A stretch of DNA of 64,000 bases from an uncultured Alphaproteobacteria bacterium. GTDB taxonomy: Bacteria; Pseudomonadota; Alphaproteobacteria; Rhizobiales; Xanthobacteraceae. Below, one piece after another: positions 51,219-60,219 of the stretch (position 1 is its first letter; each line of letters begins with the position of its first letter). Both the position numbers and the translations under genes were made by a program. The stretch is taken from contig CAVVSK010000014.1 in the NCBI GenBank assembly GCA_963750965.1, forward strand, positions 206,903-270,902. Reading direction: 5' to 3'. Under the pieces are notes generated by a model. That model searched no databases. It was not told the DNA's origin and saw only the letters and a program-made list of their open reading frames with translations.

Positions 51219-52585
51219 CTTCGCTGGAATTCGGGGCTGGCGAATAGGATGGTCAGCGCATCGTTGCTGTTGCCGGCGGCGGCAAGGCGGCTGCGCGTTG
51301 CCGCCGACAGGGCCGCGCCGAAGAGGCTGTCCGCCAAGACTGGTATGTTGCGCGTCGAATTCGGGAGGAACGCGTGGCTCACGAATTGGGCAATGTTGAG
51401 CCGCACGCGCATGGCGTCGGGGTTGAGCCAAGTAGGCGTTTCATCGGAATAGCCTTCGGGCGAGCGCGATTCCCACTCCATTTGATTGAGTGCCCTGAGC
51501 GCTTCGGAGAGTACCCAAGGCTCACTGTTTTTATAGCGCATGCCTAGAGCGCGATATTTCGCGATTGAATATTCGTAAGGCGTGCGCAACTTGGCGAGCG
51601 GCATTGACCAGGCCTCAGGCAAATCGAGCAGGGCCAGCGCGACGGCCTTGAGATTGCCCCCGGTCTGCAGAAATTTTTGCTTTAAGGGTGCTATCATCGC
51701 GGCCGTCGGCCTATCGGTAATGAAGTGGCGCACCAGCTTGAACGCGATGTGTTCCGCCGTGGCCGGATGCATCGCAAGATCCTCCAGGGCGCTCTCCACC
51801 TGTTGCTTGCCCAGCTCGGGATAGGTTTTGCCCATGACCGTAAATGAACCCGGCTCGTGCCAGTCGGGCCGATAAATGAAGCGCCCGCGGTTCTCTGGGG
51901 TGCCGCCGTTCCAGCACTCGTCCGATTCCCATCCGCGAACGTAGGACCATCCGGTCAGCATCTTCGCAAACGCCGTGACGTCCGCTTCGCTGTAGCCGCC
52001 ACCACTGCCGACCGTATGCAGTTCCAAAATTTCGCGCGCGAGATTTTCGTTATAGCCGGCACCCCAGTTTTTTCCGGCCGTGGAATTCGGACCGATTGAA
52101 CTTTCATTGTCGAGATAAGCGAGCATGGCGGGATGCTCGATCGTGCCGCGCAGCATGTCAGTGAAGCGGCCGAGAACATGGCGGCGGACGACATCGCGTT
52201 CCCACTGACCGATCGTGGCGCGGATGGTGTCCGTCTTGTTGACGCTCATGGAGAAATGGTTGGCCCAGAACACCACCAGCCGCTCCACGAAGCCGATCTC
52301 AACCGACATCTGCTTGTCAACGCGCGCGTTGATTTCCGCTTGCCGGATTGGCTCGGTCCGGGTGAAATCGAACTGCGACTCAAAGCAGGCGTTTTCATAC
52401 GTCGGCAGATTGGGATTCGCGATCGCCGCAATGTTCGTCGTCTGCACCTCGGCTTTGAGAGCGGTGCGCGCACCGCCAATGCGCGCGGGACCACCTGGTT
52501 TCGCGCCAAGCCCGAATCGATGGAATGCGATCAACGTCGGCGACAACGCCATTTCAGGAAGTTCCCCACCGTTGGTTCTGACCAA
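51215..52585 (-). CDS. DUF1800 domain protein
   Basis: ~445-456 aa. This is the usual partner gene immediately upstream of DUF1501. The start may be 52552 (MALSPT...). Confidence 0.75.
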   Translation of the reverse strand: MVRTNGGELPEMALSPTLIAFHRFGLGAKPGGPARIGGARTALKAEVQTTNIAAIANPNLPTYENACFESQFDFTRTEPIRQAEINARVDKQMSVEIGFVERLVVFWANHFSMSVNKTDTIRATIGQWERDVVRRHVLGRFTDMLRGTIEHPAMLAYLDNESSIGPNSTAGKNWGAGYNENLAREILELHTVGSGGGYSEADVTAFAKMLTGWSYVRGWESDECWNGGTPENRGRFIYRPDWHEPGSFTVMGKTYPELGKQQVESALEDLAMHPATAEHIAFKLVRHFITDRPTAAMIAPLKQKFLQTGGNLKAVALALLDLPEAWSMPLAKLRTPYEYSIAKYRALGMRYKNSEPWVLSEALRALNQMEWESRSPEGYSDETPTWLNPDAMRVRLNIAQFVSHAFLPNSTRNIPVLADSLFGAALSAATRSRLAAAGNSNDALTILFASPEFQRR

Positions 52586-53173
52586 CGGCGCGGAAAGGTA
52601 ATCGATAAAAACTTATTAACAGTGGGAGCGATATGCGCAATTTTACCGATATGGATCGCTTAACCAACTTCAGCGCGCAGATCGGGACGCGGTGAGAAAA
52701 GTGTGCGAGACAAACCGGGCTGCGCTCACCGCCCCGCCTTGATTTTGGCGAGCGGTTAGAGAAACCCTTTACTTATTTTTGCGAGACTTTGAGGGCCGGA
52801 AGGGTCTTTCCTTCCACGCTGTTTGCCATCGAGTCGTGCTATGTCGGTGATTAAGTTTGAACTGCCAACGCAGCCGAAGCCTGAAATATGGCAATGCCGG
52901 TGTAGCAAGTGCCGGGACCGGGCCACAGCTCCGGTTAGTCATCGGCAAGTCCCGGGACGCAAATCCGCCAAGCGCAATGTCATATTGCTGAGCCGGTGGC
53001 TGCGCACGCCAAAACGGGTTCGGCTCTCGCGACAGAGTGACGACTCCTAACGGGCCCTTGCCAACTTACCGCGGCTTGAAAAGGGCAACAGACAGACTTC
53101 TGCGAGGCGAGATGCTTCCCGCGTACGATGCTTCGTCGCGCAATGGGGATTTCTTGGGTATCGCGAAGGAAAG

Positions 53174-53638
53174 TTACTGTGCCGGCTTCTGCGGCTTAGG
53201 CACGAAAGCCGCGAGCGGCCGCTTAATCGCGCCGGAGCAAGTGCGCGTATAGCTCTTGCCTTCGTGCGTCCAGCTTTGCTGGCCGGTGAGGTTGGCACTG
53301 CGGCGAACGAATGTGCCGCTGTAGCTCGCCTCGTAAGACGATTTCTCTCCCTTCCAGCCGCCAGTGATCGCAATCTTGTCGCCGTCCACCTTCACCTTGC
53401 CGGTTTCCTGGCCGGCGATCTTGGTCCGGATCGGCATATGCACCGGCCGCTCATAGGGGCCTTCGCTGCCGGTGAGCTTGACCGTGATCGCCGCGCGGCT
53501 TGGGTCTTGTGCAAAGGGTAACTTTCCACATACCAAGGTCCCGCGGTATTCCGCGTCGCGCACTTGCGCCTGCGCCGGCACAACCAGCATTGCGCCGGCA
53601 ACCATCGCCAAGCTCATAACCGTCCCACATTTGAACAT
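53174..53638 (-). CDS. exported hypothetical protein
   Basis: 154-aa ORF with a signal peptide (MSLAMVAGAMLVVPAQAQ). No family was recognised. Confidence 0.5.
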   Translation of the reverse strand: MFKCGTVMSLAMVAGAMLVVPAQAQVRDAEYRGTLVCGKLPFAQDPSRAAITVKLTGSEGPYERPVHMPIRTKIAGQETGKVKVDGDKIAITGGWKGEKSSYEASYSGTFVRRSANLTGQQSWTHEGKSYTRTCSGAIKRPLAAFVPKPQKPAQ

Positions 53639-53691
53639 TATTGCCCTCCCCCGAGACCACGGCGCGTGAATGCGCTCTTGATCAGCTTTGC

Positions 53692-53722
53692 AATAAAACG
53701 CCGGCTCTCTCGGAGAGCCGGC
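53692..53722 (-). terminator. rho-independent terminator downstream of the DUF465 gene
   Basis: CGCCGGCTCTC-TCG-GAGAGCCGGCG stem followed on the minus strand by GTTTTATTG. Confidence 0.6.
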
Positions 53723-53765
53723 GGCTCGACCGCATAAACACTCGAAACTAAAAACTTACCCAGTG

Positions 53766-53951
53766 CTAGTGAACACTAGCCCCATTTTGTTGGCGCAGAC
53801 GCGCGATTTCGTCCTTCAACTGCAACTTGCGACGCTTTAACTCCGCGATCAGCAGACCATCGCTGGATGGATGCATGAGCGCCTCAGAAATCTCGTTCTC
53901 CAGCGCCCGGTGGCGCTGTTCCAATTCCACAAGATTCGTTGAAATGGACAT
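53766..53951 (-). CDS. DUF465 (YdcH-like) family protein
   Basis: 61 aa, with LIAELKRRKLQLKDEIARL as the family motif. Confidence 0.75.
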   Translation of the reverse strand: MSISTNLVELEQRHRALENEISEALMHPSSDGLLIAELKRRKLQLKDEIARLRQQNGASVH

Positions 53952-54156
53952 AGGGGATATCTCCTGACTGCCCGGACCATCAGATTTTACATCACGTAGG
54001 CGCCAGGCCGAAGCCCGATTTTATGGCTGCTGCAACAAATCGCCGTTATCTGACTTCGGGCGCCCTCCGCGTCTTGAAGGCCGCGGCCAAAAAGTCCATA
54101 ATAATCAGGATTTTGCAGCCGGATGGACAATAATACCGGCCCCTCAATAGGCGACG

Positions 54157-54363
54157 ATGACCGACGAGGAAGAACGCGAGCTCCGCGCCCAATTGGCGCG
54201 GCTGCTGCAGGAGCATCGTGACCTCGATGCCGCCATTGCGGCGCTGCAGGATTCGCCCGGAGCGGACATCCTGCAGGTTCAGCGTCTGAAGAAGCGCAAG
54301 CTCTATCTGCGTGATCGCATCAACGCCATCGAAGACCAGCTTACGCCCGACATTATCGCGTGA
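54157..54363 (+). CDS. DUF465 (YdcH-like) family protein
   Basis: 68 aa, with LQVQRLKKRKLYLRDRINAIE as the family motif. Confidence 0.75.
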   Translation: MTDEEERELRAQLARLLQEHRDLDAAIAALQDSPGADILQVQRLKKRKLYLRDRINAIEDQLTPDIIA

Positions 54364-54374
54364 GTGTCTGTCCC

Positions 54375-54465
54375 GGAAAAGCGGGAACCGGTCTTCCGAT
54401 CAGGTCATGCGCCGCCTTATAAAGTTTAGCGCACGACCGGACGCAAAACCGGTGTCCACTTTTGC
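54375..54465. repeat. short inverted-repeat element built from the AAAACCGGT..CCACTTTT box
   Basis: The left arm GGAAAAGCGGGAACCGGTCTTCC and right arm GCAAAACCGGTGTCCACTTTTGC are imperfect reverse complements. They flank GATCAGGTCATGCGC.... Related half-boxes occur at 40040-40070 and 46979-47000. Confidence 0.6.
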
Positions 54466-54479
54466 TGGTCCCGCGCTCG

Positions 54480-55454
54480 TCATTCCGGCTGCACACCCGC
54501 GGCCTTGATCACCTCGCCCCAAAGCTTGGCCTCTAACTTGACGAAGACCGCTGCTTGTGCGGGATCGGCCGGCACTGTGGCGAGATGTACGCGCGCGAAA
54601 TGGGCTTTGACCTCGGGCGATTTCGCGATCTCGTTAATGGCGGCATTGATCTTTTTCACGATGGCGGGAGGCGTCTTTGGTGGTGCCGAGATCGCGTTCC
54701 AGGTGCCGGAAACGAAATCCTGCACGCCGGCTTCTTCCATGGTGGGAATGTCCGGCAGTTCGGCGATGCGTTTTTTCGTCGCCACCGCCAGGATGCGCGC
54801 CCTCTTGCCCGCGTGCAGTTCGTGGGCGGCCGCAAGCTCCATAAAAATAAAGTCGACCTGGCTGCCGACCAAATCGTTCAGCGCCGGAGCCGTTCCCTTG
54901 TAGGGCACATGCGTCATTTTTATTCCGGTCCGGGACTCGAACAGGGCCGTAGTCAGATGCGAGGTGGTGCCGGTTCCCTGTGAGGCATAGTTCAGCTTGC
55001 CGGGATTGGCTTTGGCATAAGCAAGGAATTCCTGTGCAGTCTTGGCCGGGAAATCCGGCCGTACCAGCAGGACATTCGCGATCTGCGACATGATCGCCAC
55101 CGGGATGAGCGCATCGGGGTCGAAATTGAGCTTCTTGTAGAGGAATTTGTTGGTGGTGATCGGCGAGGGTTGCGACGCCAATAGCGTATAGCCGTCTGGC
55201 GGCGCGGACGACACCGCCTCAGCGCCGAGATTGCCTGCAACGCCACCGCGATTCTCGACTACTACGGTTTGGCCCCAGAGCTGCCGCAGCTTGTCGGCAT
55301 AAATCCGGGTGACGGTATCAACGCCGCCCCCTGCCGGAACCGAGACGATGATCTTCACCGGCCTGTCCGGATAATTGGCCGCCGGATCGCCTTGCGCGAA
55401 CGCCGAAGTGCTGACGCCAAGTGACACGATAAATCCGGCAAAAACCCTGTGCAT
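54480..55454 (-). CDS. tripartite tricarboxylate transporter substrate-binding protein (Bug/TctC family)
   Basis: Signal peptide followed by NYPDRPVKIIVSVPAGGGVDTVTR. Paralogous to 13864-14817. Confidence 0.88.
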   Translation of the reverse strand: MHRVFAGFIVSLGVSTSAFAQGDPAANYPDRPVKIIVSVPAGGGVDTVTRIYADKLRQLWGQTVVVENRGGVAGNLGAEAVSSAPPDGYTLLASQPSPITTNKFLYKKLNFDPDALIPVAIMSQIANVLLVRPDFPAKTAQEFLAYAKANPGKLNYASQGTGTTSHLTTALFESRTGIKMTHVPYKGTAPALNDLVGSQVDFIFMELAAAHELHAGKRARILAVATKKRIAELPDIPTMEEAGVQDFVSGTWNAISAPPKTPPAIVKKINAAINEIAKSPEVKAHFARVHLATVPADPAQAAVFVKLEAKLWGEVIKAAGVQPE

Positions 55455-55487
55455 TCTGTTCTCCTCCCTGGCGCGATTTTTTGATTT

Positions 55488-56183
55488 CTAACCCGTCGCG
55501 GCCCGTCCTGCGCGTTTGCGCGCATACATGGCAAGATCCGAGCGCGAAATGACGTTCGCGACCGTATCGCCGGAGTTAAGCATGGCGACGCCTGCGGAAG
55601 CACCGAGTGAAAGCATCGCGTTCCCTTGCATCACCACCATTGCGGCGATAGCCAATTCCAGCTCGCGCGCTTTTGCGGTGGCCTGTGGTTCGCTGATGTT
55701 CCACAGCAGAACGGCGAATTCATCTCCACCGAGCCGCGCCACCACATCCGATTCCCGCACCATTTGCCGCAAGATCGTCGACACCTCCTGCAGCGCCCGG
55801 TCGCCGGCGGCATGGCCATAGCGGTCATTCACCGGCTTGAAATTATCGAGGTCAAGACAGATCAGGGCCGCCGAGGTGCCATAACGCCGCACATAGGCAA
55901 GCGAACGTTGCAGCTCGCGCTCGAGGCCCCGCCGGTTAAGAATCTCGAGCAGGGGGTCAAGGTGAACCTTCGCCTCGAGCTGTGCCACCCTGGCCCGGGC
56001 GGCCGCAAGTTCCGCCTGCAGGCGATCGACCTCGGCGGAAAGCCTTACGGCGACCGAACGGGCGCGCTTCTTCGGCGCTGCTCCCATTGCTTGGTCCGGG
56101 GCCTGCCGGCAAGCGGCCGCCTCCTCGCTCCAGGGAGCCGCCTCGGCCTCGGACTCGACCAGTCGGATCTTGCTTTTCGCCAT
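55488..56183 (-). CDS. GGDEF-domain diguanylate cyclase with N-terminal coiled coil
   Basis: RLGGDEFAVLL active-site motif. 231 aa. Confidence 0.85.
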   Translation of the reverse strand: MAKSKIRLVESEAEAAPWSEEAAACRQAPDQAMGAAPKKRARSVAVRLSAEVDRLQAELAAARARVAQLEAKVHLDPLLEILNRRGLERELQRSLAYVRRYGTSAALICLDLDNFKPVNDRYGHAAGDRALQEVSTILRQMVRESDVVARLGGDEFAVLLWNISEPQATAKARELELAIAAMVVMQGNAMLSLGASAGVAMLNSGDTVANVISRSDLAMYARKRAGRAATG

Positions 56184-56304
56184 TCTCGAAGCTCAGCACG
56201 GAATCGCAAGGGCAGGATAACCGAGCCGTTTCGTCTTGCCACTGCAAAGCCGGTACCTATAATCCGCCGCTTCCTTTCGGCGGCGAGCCGGATTCGGGGG
56301 GTCA

Positions 56305-56796
56305 ATGGCCGCAAAGCCGGTCGCTATTATCATGGGAAGCCAGTCGGACTGGGAAACCATGAAACATGCGGGCGAGACGCTCGCCACACTGAAGATCGGC
56401 TATGAAGCCCTGATCGTGTCCGCTCACCGTACGCCGAACCGGCTGTTTGAGTTCGGCAAATCCGCGCGCAAGAAGGGCTTCAAGGTGGTGATTGCTGGCG
56501 CCGGCGGCGCCGCGCATCTGCCGGGGATGACCGCCTCGCTCACGTCGCTGCCCGTGCTCGGGGTGCCGATGAATACTCACGCGTTGGAAGGAAAAGACAG
56601 CCTGCTCTCAATCATGCAGATGCCGGCCGGCATTCCCGTCGGCACCCTCGCCATCGGCAAGCCGGGCGCGATCAATTCCGCGCTGTTGGCAGCAGCTATC
56701 CTTGCACTGTCCGATGGCGGCGTTGCCAAGCGGCTGGAAGCCTGGCGCGCGAAACAGACCAAAGCGGTAGCCAAGCGGCCCAAGGGTGGCGCGTGA
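56305..56796 (+). CDS. purE: 5-(carboxyamino)imidazole ribonucleotide mutase
   Basis: [20 protein letters not shown] and [10 protein letters not shown] motifs. Confidence 0.95.
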   Translation: MAAKPVAIIMGSQSDWETMKHAGETLATLKIGYEALIVSAHRTPNRLFEFGKSARKKGFKVVIAGAGGAAHLPGMTASLTSLPVLGVPMNTHALEGKDSLLSIMQMPAGIPVGTLAIGKPGAINSALLAAAILALSDGGVAKRLEAWRAKQTKAVAKRPKGGA

Positions 56797-57893
56797 GTGC
56801 CTCGCCGGTACTGAAGCCCGGGGCCACAATCGGAATTCTCGGCGGCGGGCAATTGGGGCGTATGCTGGCGTTGGCCGCCGCGCGGCTCGGATTTCGCTGC
56901 CATGCCTTTTCGCCCGACGCAGATTCCTGTGCGTTCGATGTCATGCAGCATTCCACCTGCGCGGCCTACGACGACCATGCCGCGCTCGCGCGTTTTGCCG
57001 ACGCGGTGGATGTCATCACCTATGAATTCGAAAATATCCCGGCGGAAACCGCGGCTTTTCTTGCGGCGCGGCGCCCGGTGATACCGGATCCGACGGTACT
57101 GGCGAAGACGCAGGACCGCTTGGTGGAAAAGAACTTTATCCAGGACCTCGACATCGCCACCGCGCCTTTCGTGCCGGTGGAGTCCGCGGCCGACCTGGCC
57201 CACGCGGTATCCGCCATCGGCCTGCCAGCCGTGCTGAAAACGCGCCGGCTTGGATATGACGGCAAAGGACAGAAGATAATCGCCGCGAAGGATGAGCCAA
57301 TCCTCGCCTGGGCCGAGCTGCATAACGTGCCCTGCATCCTGGAAGGCTTCGTTCCCTTCGAGCGGGAGATATCCGTGGTGGCGGCGCGCTCGCGCAACGG
57401 CCAGGTGGAATGCTTCGAGGTCGCCGAGAACGAACACCGCGACCACATATTGCAGACGTCACGGGTGCCGGCCCCGATTTCCGCCGATCTTGCGGTCGAG
57501 GCGCGGCGCATCACCGAAAAGATCGCTCATGCCTTCGACTATGTCGGCGTGCTGACGGTGGAAATGTTCGTCGTCGGCCAAGGCAGTGGACCGGCGGTGC
57601 TGGTCAACGAGATCGCGCCGCGCGTGCATAATTCCGGCCACTGGAGCATCGACGGCTGCTCGGTCTCGCAATTTGAGCAACACATCCGGGCGGTCGCCGG
57701 CTGGGATTTGACCAAACCGGTGCGCCGTGGTGCAGCAGAGATGACCAATCTGATCGGAGCGGAAGTGAACGATTACGCACGATGGCTCGGCGAGCCCGGC
57801 GTTTCGCTGCATCTTTACGGCAAGACCGAGCCCCGCCCCGGCCGGAAGATGGGCCACGTGACCCGCGTGACGTCCGGCGGAGACAAGGTTTGA
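56793..57893 (+). CDS. purK: 5-(carboxyamino)imidazole ribonucleotide synthase
   Basis: ATP-grasp protein with [24 protein letters not shown] and GRKMGH. The start overlaps the purE stop. Confidence 0.93.
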   Translation: MSASPVLKPGATIGILGGGQLGRMLALAAARLGFRCHAFSPDADSCAFDVMQHSTCAAYDDHAALARFADAVDVITYEFENIPAETAAFLAARRPVIPDPTVLAKTQDRLVEKNFIQDLDIATAPFVPVESAADLAHAVSAIGLPAVLKTRRLGYDGKGQKIIAAKDEPILAWAELHNVPCILEGFVPFEREISVVAARSRNGQVECFEVAENEHRDHILQTSRVPAPISADLAVEARRITEKIAHAFDYVGVLTVEMFVVGQGSGPAVLVNEIAPRVHNSGHWSIDGCSVSQFEQHIRAVAGWDLTKPVRRGAAEMTNLIGAEVNDYARWLGEPGVSLHLYGKTEPRPGRKMGHVTRVTSGGDKV

Positions 57894-58255
57894 CCGGCTA
57901 CATCATTGGCGCGCTGATCTCTTTCCTGATCGGCTGGACCGTGGCGGCCGCTGAGGTGCTTTTTCGCGAAGAGAACCGGCCCAACCCCTTCCGCGGGACC
58001 CTGGGCATGTTGTTTCTTTTGGCGCTTTCCACCGCCGGCGCGGCTTTGGGCACCGGCGGCATTCTGTGGATGTTCAGGGCGATCCCCTCAGCCGCCGTCT
58101 TCATCGTCATGGGTGGCGCAGGCTGGGGCGGCTTTGCGGCTTCGAATTGGCTGCACGTCAATGCCGCCGGAGCCATCAATCGGCTGCTTGTTGGCTTGGC
58201 CGGGCTGCTATTGCTCTACGGATTGGTCTGGAAGTTCCTGCCGCCGGACCCCTAA
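57890..58255 (+). CDS. membrane protein (hypothetical)
   Basis: Four hydrophobic segments. A possible TTG start overlaps the purK stop. The start is uncertain. Confidence 0.4.
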   Translation: MTGYIIGALISFLIGWTVAAAEVLFREENRPNPFRGTLGMLFLLALSTAGAALGTGGILWMFRAIPSAAVFIVMGGAGWGGFAASNWLHVNAAGAINRLLVGLAGLLLLYGLVWKFLPPDP

Positions 58256-58372
58256 TCTGTAGACTTTAAGGGGCCATTCTGCTAAACGCGCGCCTTCGGC
58301 TGCGAGTTGCCCGCCCGTGTTGGACGGTTTCCGCAAGCCACCCAGCTAACCCGATCAAAGAGGATTGACTGC

Positions 58373-58660
58373 GTGCAGGTTCTCGTTCGCGACAACAACG
58401 TCGACCAAGCCCTCAAGGCGCTCAAGAAAAAGATGCAGCGCGAGGGGATTTTCCGCGAGATGAAGCTCCGCGGTCACTACGAAAAGCCCTCAGAAAAGAA
58501 AGCGCGGGAACGGGCGGAGGCGATTCGCCGGGCCCGCAAACTCGCGCGCAAGAAGCTGCAGCGCGAAGGCCTGTTGCCGATGAAGCCGCGGGTCGTTCCA
58601 GGTGGCCCTGGCGGACCTGGTGGCGCCATGGGCGGACGCGCCGCGCCGCGCCGCGGCTGA
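58373..58660 (+). CDS. rpsU: 30S ribosomal protein S21 with a Gly/Pro-rich C-terminal tail
   Basis: GTG start. [46 protein letters not shown] is the S21 core. Confidence 0.9.
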   Translation: MQVLVRDNNVDQALKALKKKMQREGIFREMKLRGHYEKPSEKKARERAEAIRRARKLARKKLQREGLLPMKPRVVPGGPGGPGGAMGGRAAPRRG

Positions 58661-58688
58661 TTGAATTTTTCGAACGTTTGCGGCGGGT

Positions 58689-58711
58689 CGAGCTATTCGG
58701 CTCGCTTTTTT
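58689..58711 (+). terminator. putative rho-independent terminator after rpsU
   Basis: CGAGC-TATTCG-GCTCG followed by CTTTTTT. The stem is short. Confidence 0.45.
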
Positions 58712-58737
58712 GCGCCGCTTCGGCGCTCTGGACGAGA

Positions 58738-59541
58738 TCAGCTCTCGCGGTCCAGGATGAACGGCTTCAGCATTTCCGGCAGACCGTGGGCGTCGTGATC
58801 GTTATGGCCGGCATTGGGCAGGCGGATGAACCGCTTCGGTCCAGGGATCAGTTTGTAAAGCCGCTCGCCATAAGTGATAGGGATAATGGTGTCGCGTTCC
58901 CCATGTACCACCAGCACCGGCACAGTCACTTTAGCGATGCGCTGGTCGGAGCGAAAACTATCTATCAGCAAAAGCCGCACCGGCACGAACCAGTAAATCG
59001 AGGCGGCGACGTCGGCGATCGAGCTGTAGGGTGACTCCAGAATGACGCGAGCCACCGGCTTCTCCGCCGCCAGTGCGACCGCCACCCCGGTTCCGAGCAA
59101 CTCGCCCCAGAGCACGATGCGATCTGCGCTGTAGCGTTTCGCGGCAAAGTCATAGGCCGCCTTGGCATCAAGGATGATCCCATCCTCGCTCGGCTTGCCG
59201 TCCGAGCCGCCGTAGCCCCGGTAGTTCAGCGCCACGAGACCGGTGCCGTCGGCGGTAAGCTTCTTGAACCGCTCGGCGCGCAGATCGAGCCCGCCGCCAT
59301 TGCCCTGGAAATAAATGACCACCGGCATGTTTTCGCGCGGCGGCACATGCCATGCGCTGACGCGCAGGCCGTCGGCGCTTTGCAGCATCACCTCCTCGGC
59401 CTGCCCTAGGCCGGCATCGACCGGGTGCAGCCGCCGCTGGTCGGGGAAATATAGAAGCGAACGCTGCGTCAGATAGAGCAGCGCCACCAGCGCCACATAG
59501 CCGGCAATACCAAACAGAAGGAGCCATTTCAGGCTGGTCAT
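58738..59541 (-). CDS. alpha/beta hydrolase with N-terminal membrane anchor
   Basis: TM segment (WLLLFGIAGYVALVALLYL), then VVIYFQGNGGG and a Ser-hydrolase fold pattern (LWGELLGTG in the nucleophile-elbow position). Confidence 0.75.
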   Translation of the reverse strand: MTSLKWLLLFGIAGYVALVALLYLTQRSLLYFPDQRRLHPVDAGLGQAEEVMLQSADGLRVSAWHVPPRENMPVVIYFQGNGGGLDLRAERFKKLTADGTGLVALNYRGYGGSDGKPSEDGIILDAKAAYDFAAKRYSADRIVLWGELLGTGVAVALAAEKPVARVILESPYSSIADVAASIYWFVPVRLLLIDSFRSDQRIAKVTVPVLVVHGERDTIIPITYGERLYKLIPGPKRFIRLPNAGHNDHDAHGLPEMLKPFILDRES

Positions 59542-59548
59542 CGCGGCT

Positions 59549-60217
59549 TCAATGCAGCGCCCATTGAAGCGGGGCGGGCAAGGGGAACGACGCATAGTCG
59601 ACATGCAAGACTCTGCGATGCGCGGGCAATTGAGCGCGCTTTGACCTATGAATGGCGAGCAACTTCATCGCCAACACGTCTGCGCTCTGCCCTGTGCCGA
59701 TAAAAACTTCTGACTGCTCGACAATTTTCTTCACGTCTTGTGCCGGCACGCGGCCAAATCGATGCGATCCGCGCGCGACTTCCAGCGGTCCATTCTCCAC
59801 GCCGCAATCGTCCAAAAATAAACGCAGCGTCAGCATGTTTTCCAAGACCGCGACCGGCGGCTCGACATGCAGAACGTCATTCTTATTGGTCCACGGCCCA
59901 TAGCCGTCGATTTCGTGCCGTGCCCTGACGGCGATGGTACGGTCCTGATGCCAGGGAACTCCCCAGTTAGATTCCGGCGTCTTATCGAAGAATAGGATGC
60001 GGACAGGCCACACGGACCGGACAACGAGCGAAGCTGCCAGTGTCCCCATAGGGCCGTGTTCGCCAATGACTGCCTGGATATCCCGTGGCAGATCGAAGGA
60101 TCGAGCGCCCGGGCCGTGCGCCGCAACTGCGTCAAAGTGGGGGCGTAGAGACACTACAGCGGCTTCCGTAAGAACGCGCTTCCTGACGGTGACGCCGTCG
60201 TCTTCAAGCTGTCTCAT
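59549..60217 (-). CDS. phytanoyl-CoA dioxygenase (PhyH) family Fe(II)/2-oxoglutarate oxygenase
   Basis: VPWHQD...GPLEVARGSH motif arrangement. The start lies next to the pntB stop. Confidence 0.75.
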   Translation of the reverse strand: MRQLEDDGVTVRKRVLTEAAVVSLRPHFDAVAAHGPGARSFDLPRDIQAVIGEHGPMGTLAASLVVRSVWPVRILFFDKTPESNWGVPWHQDRTIAVRARHEIDGYGPWTNKNDVLHVEPPVAVLENMLTLRLFLDDCGVENGPLEVARGSHRFGRVPAQDVKKIVEQSEVFIGTGQSADVLAMKLLAIHRSKRAQLPAHRRVLHVDYASFPLPAPLQWALH

Positions 60218-60219
60218 TG

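Noticed and set aside
52586-53173. tmRNA, RNase P RNA, SRP RNA or a known riboswitch in the large spacer
   Set aside because: There is no ANDN-type tag reading frame ending in AA, and no canonical T-arm/CCA end (GGGTTCGGCTC at 53015 deviates from the T-loop). There is no GAGGAAAGUCCGGGC / ACAGAACCCGGCUUA P4 pair, and no B12-box or TPP signature. The region is left as unassigned non-coding sequence.
58373-58660. The Gly/Pro-rich C-terminal tail of S21 ([20 protein letters not shown]) as an unusual extension
   Set aside because: Basic or low-complexity C-terminal tails of variable length are common in alphaproteobacterial S21. Nothing in the sequence suggests a fusion or a frameshift.
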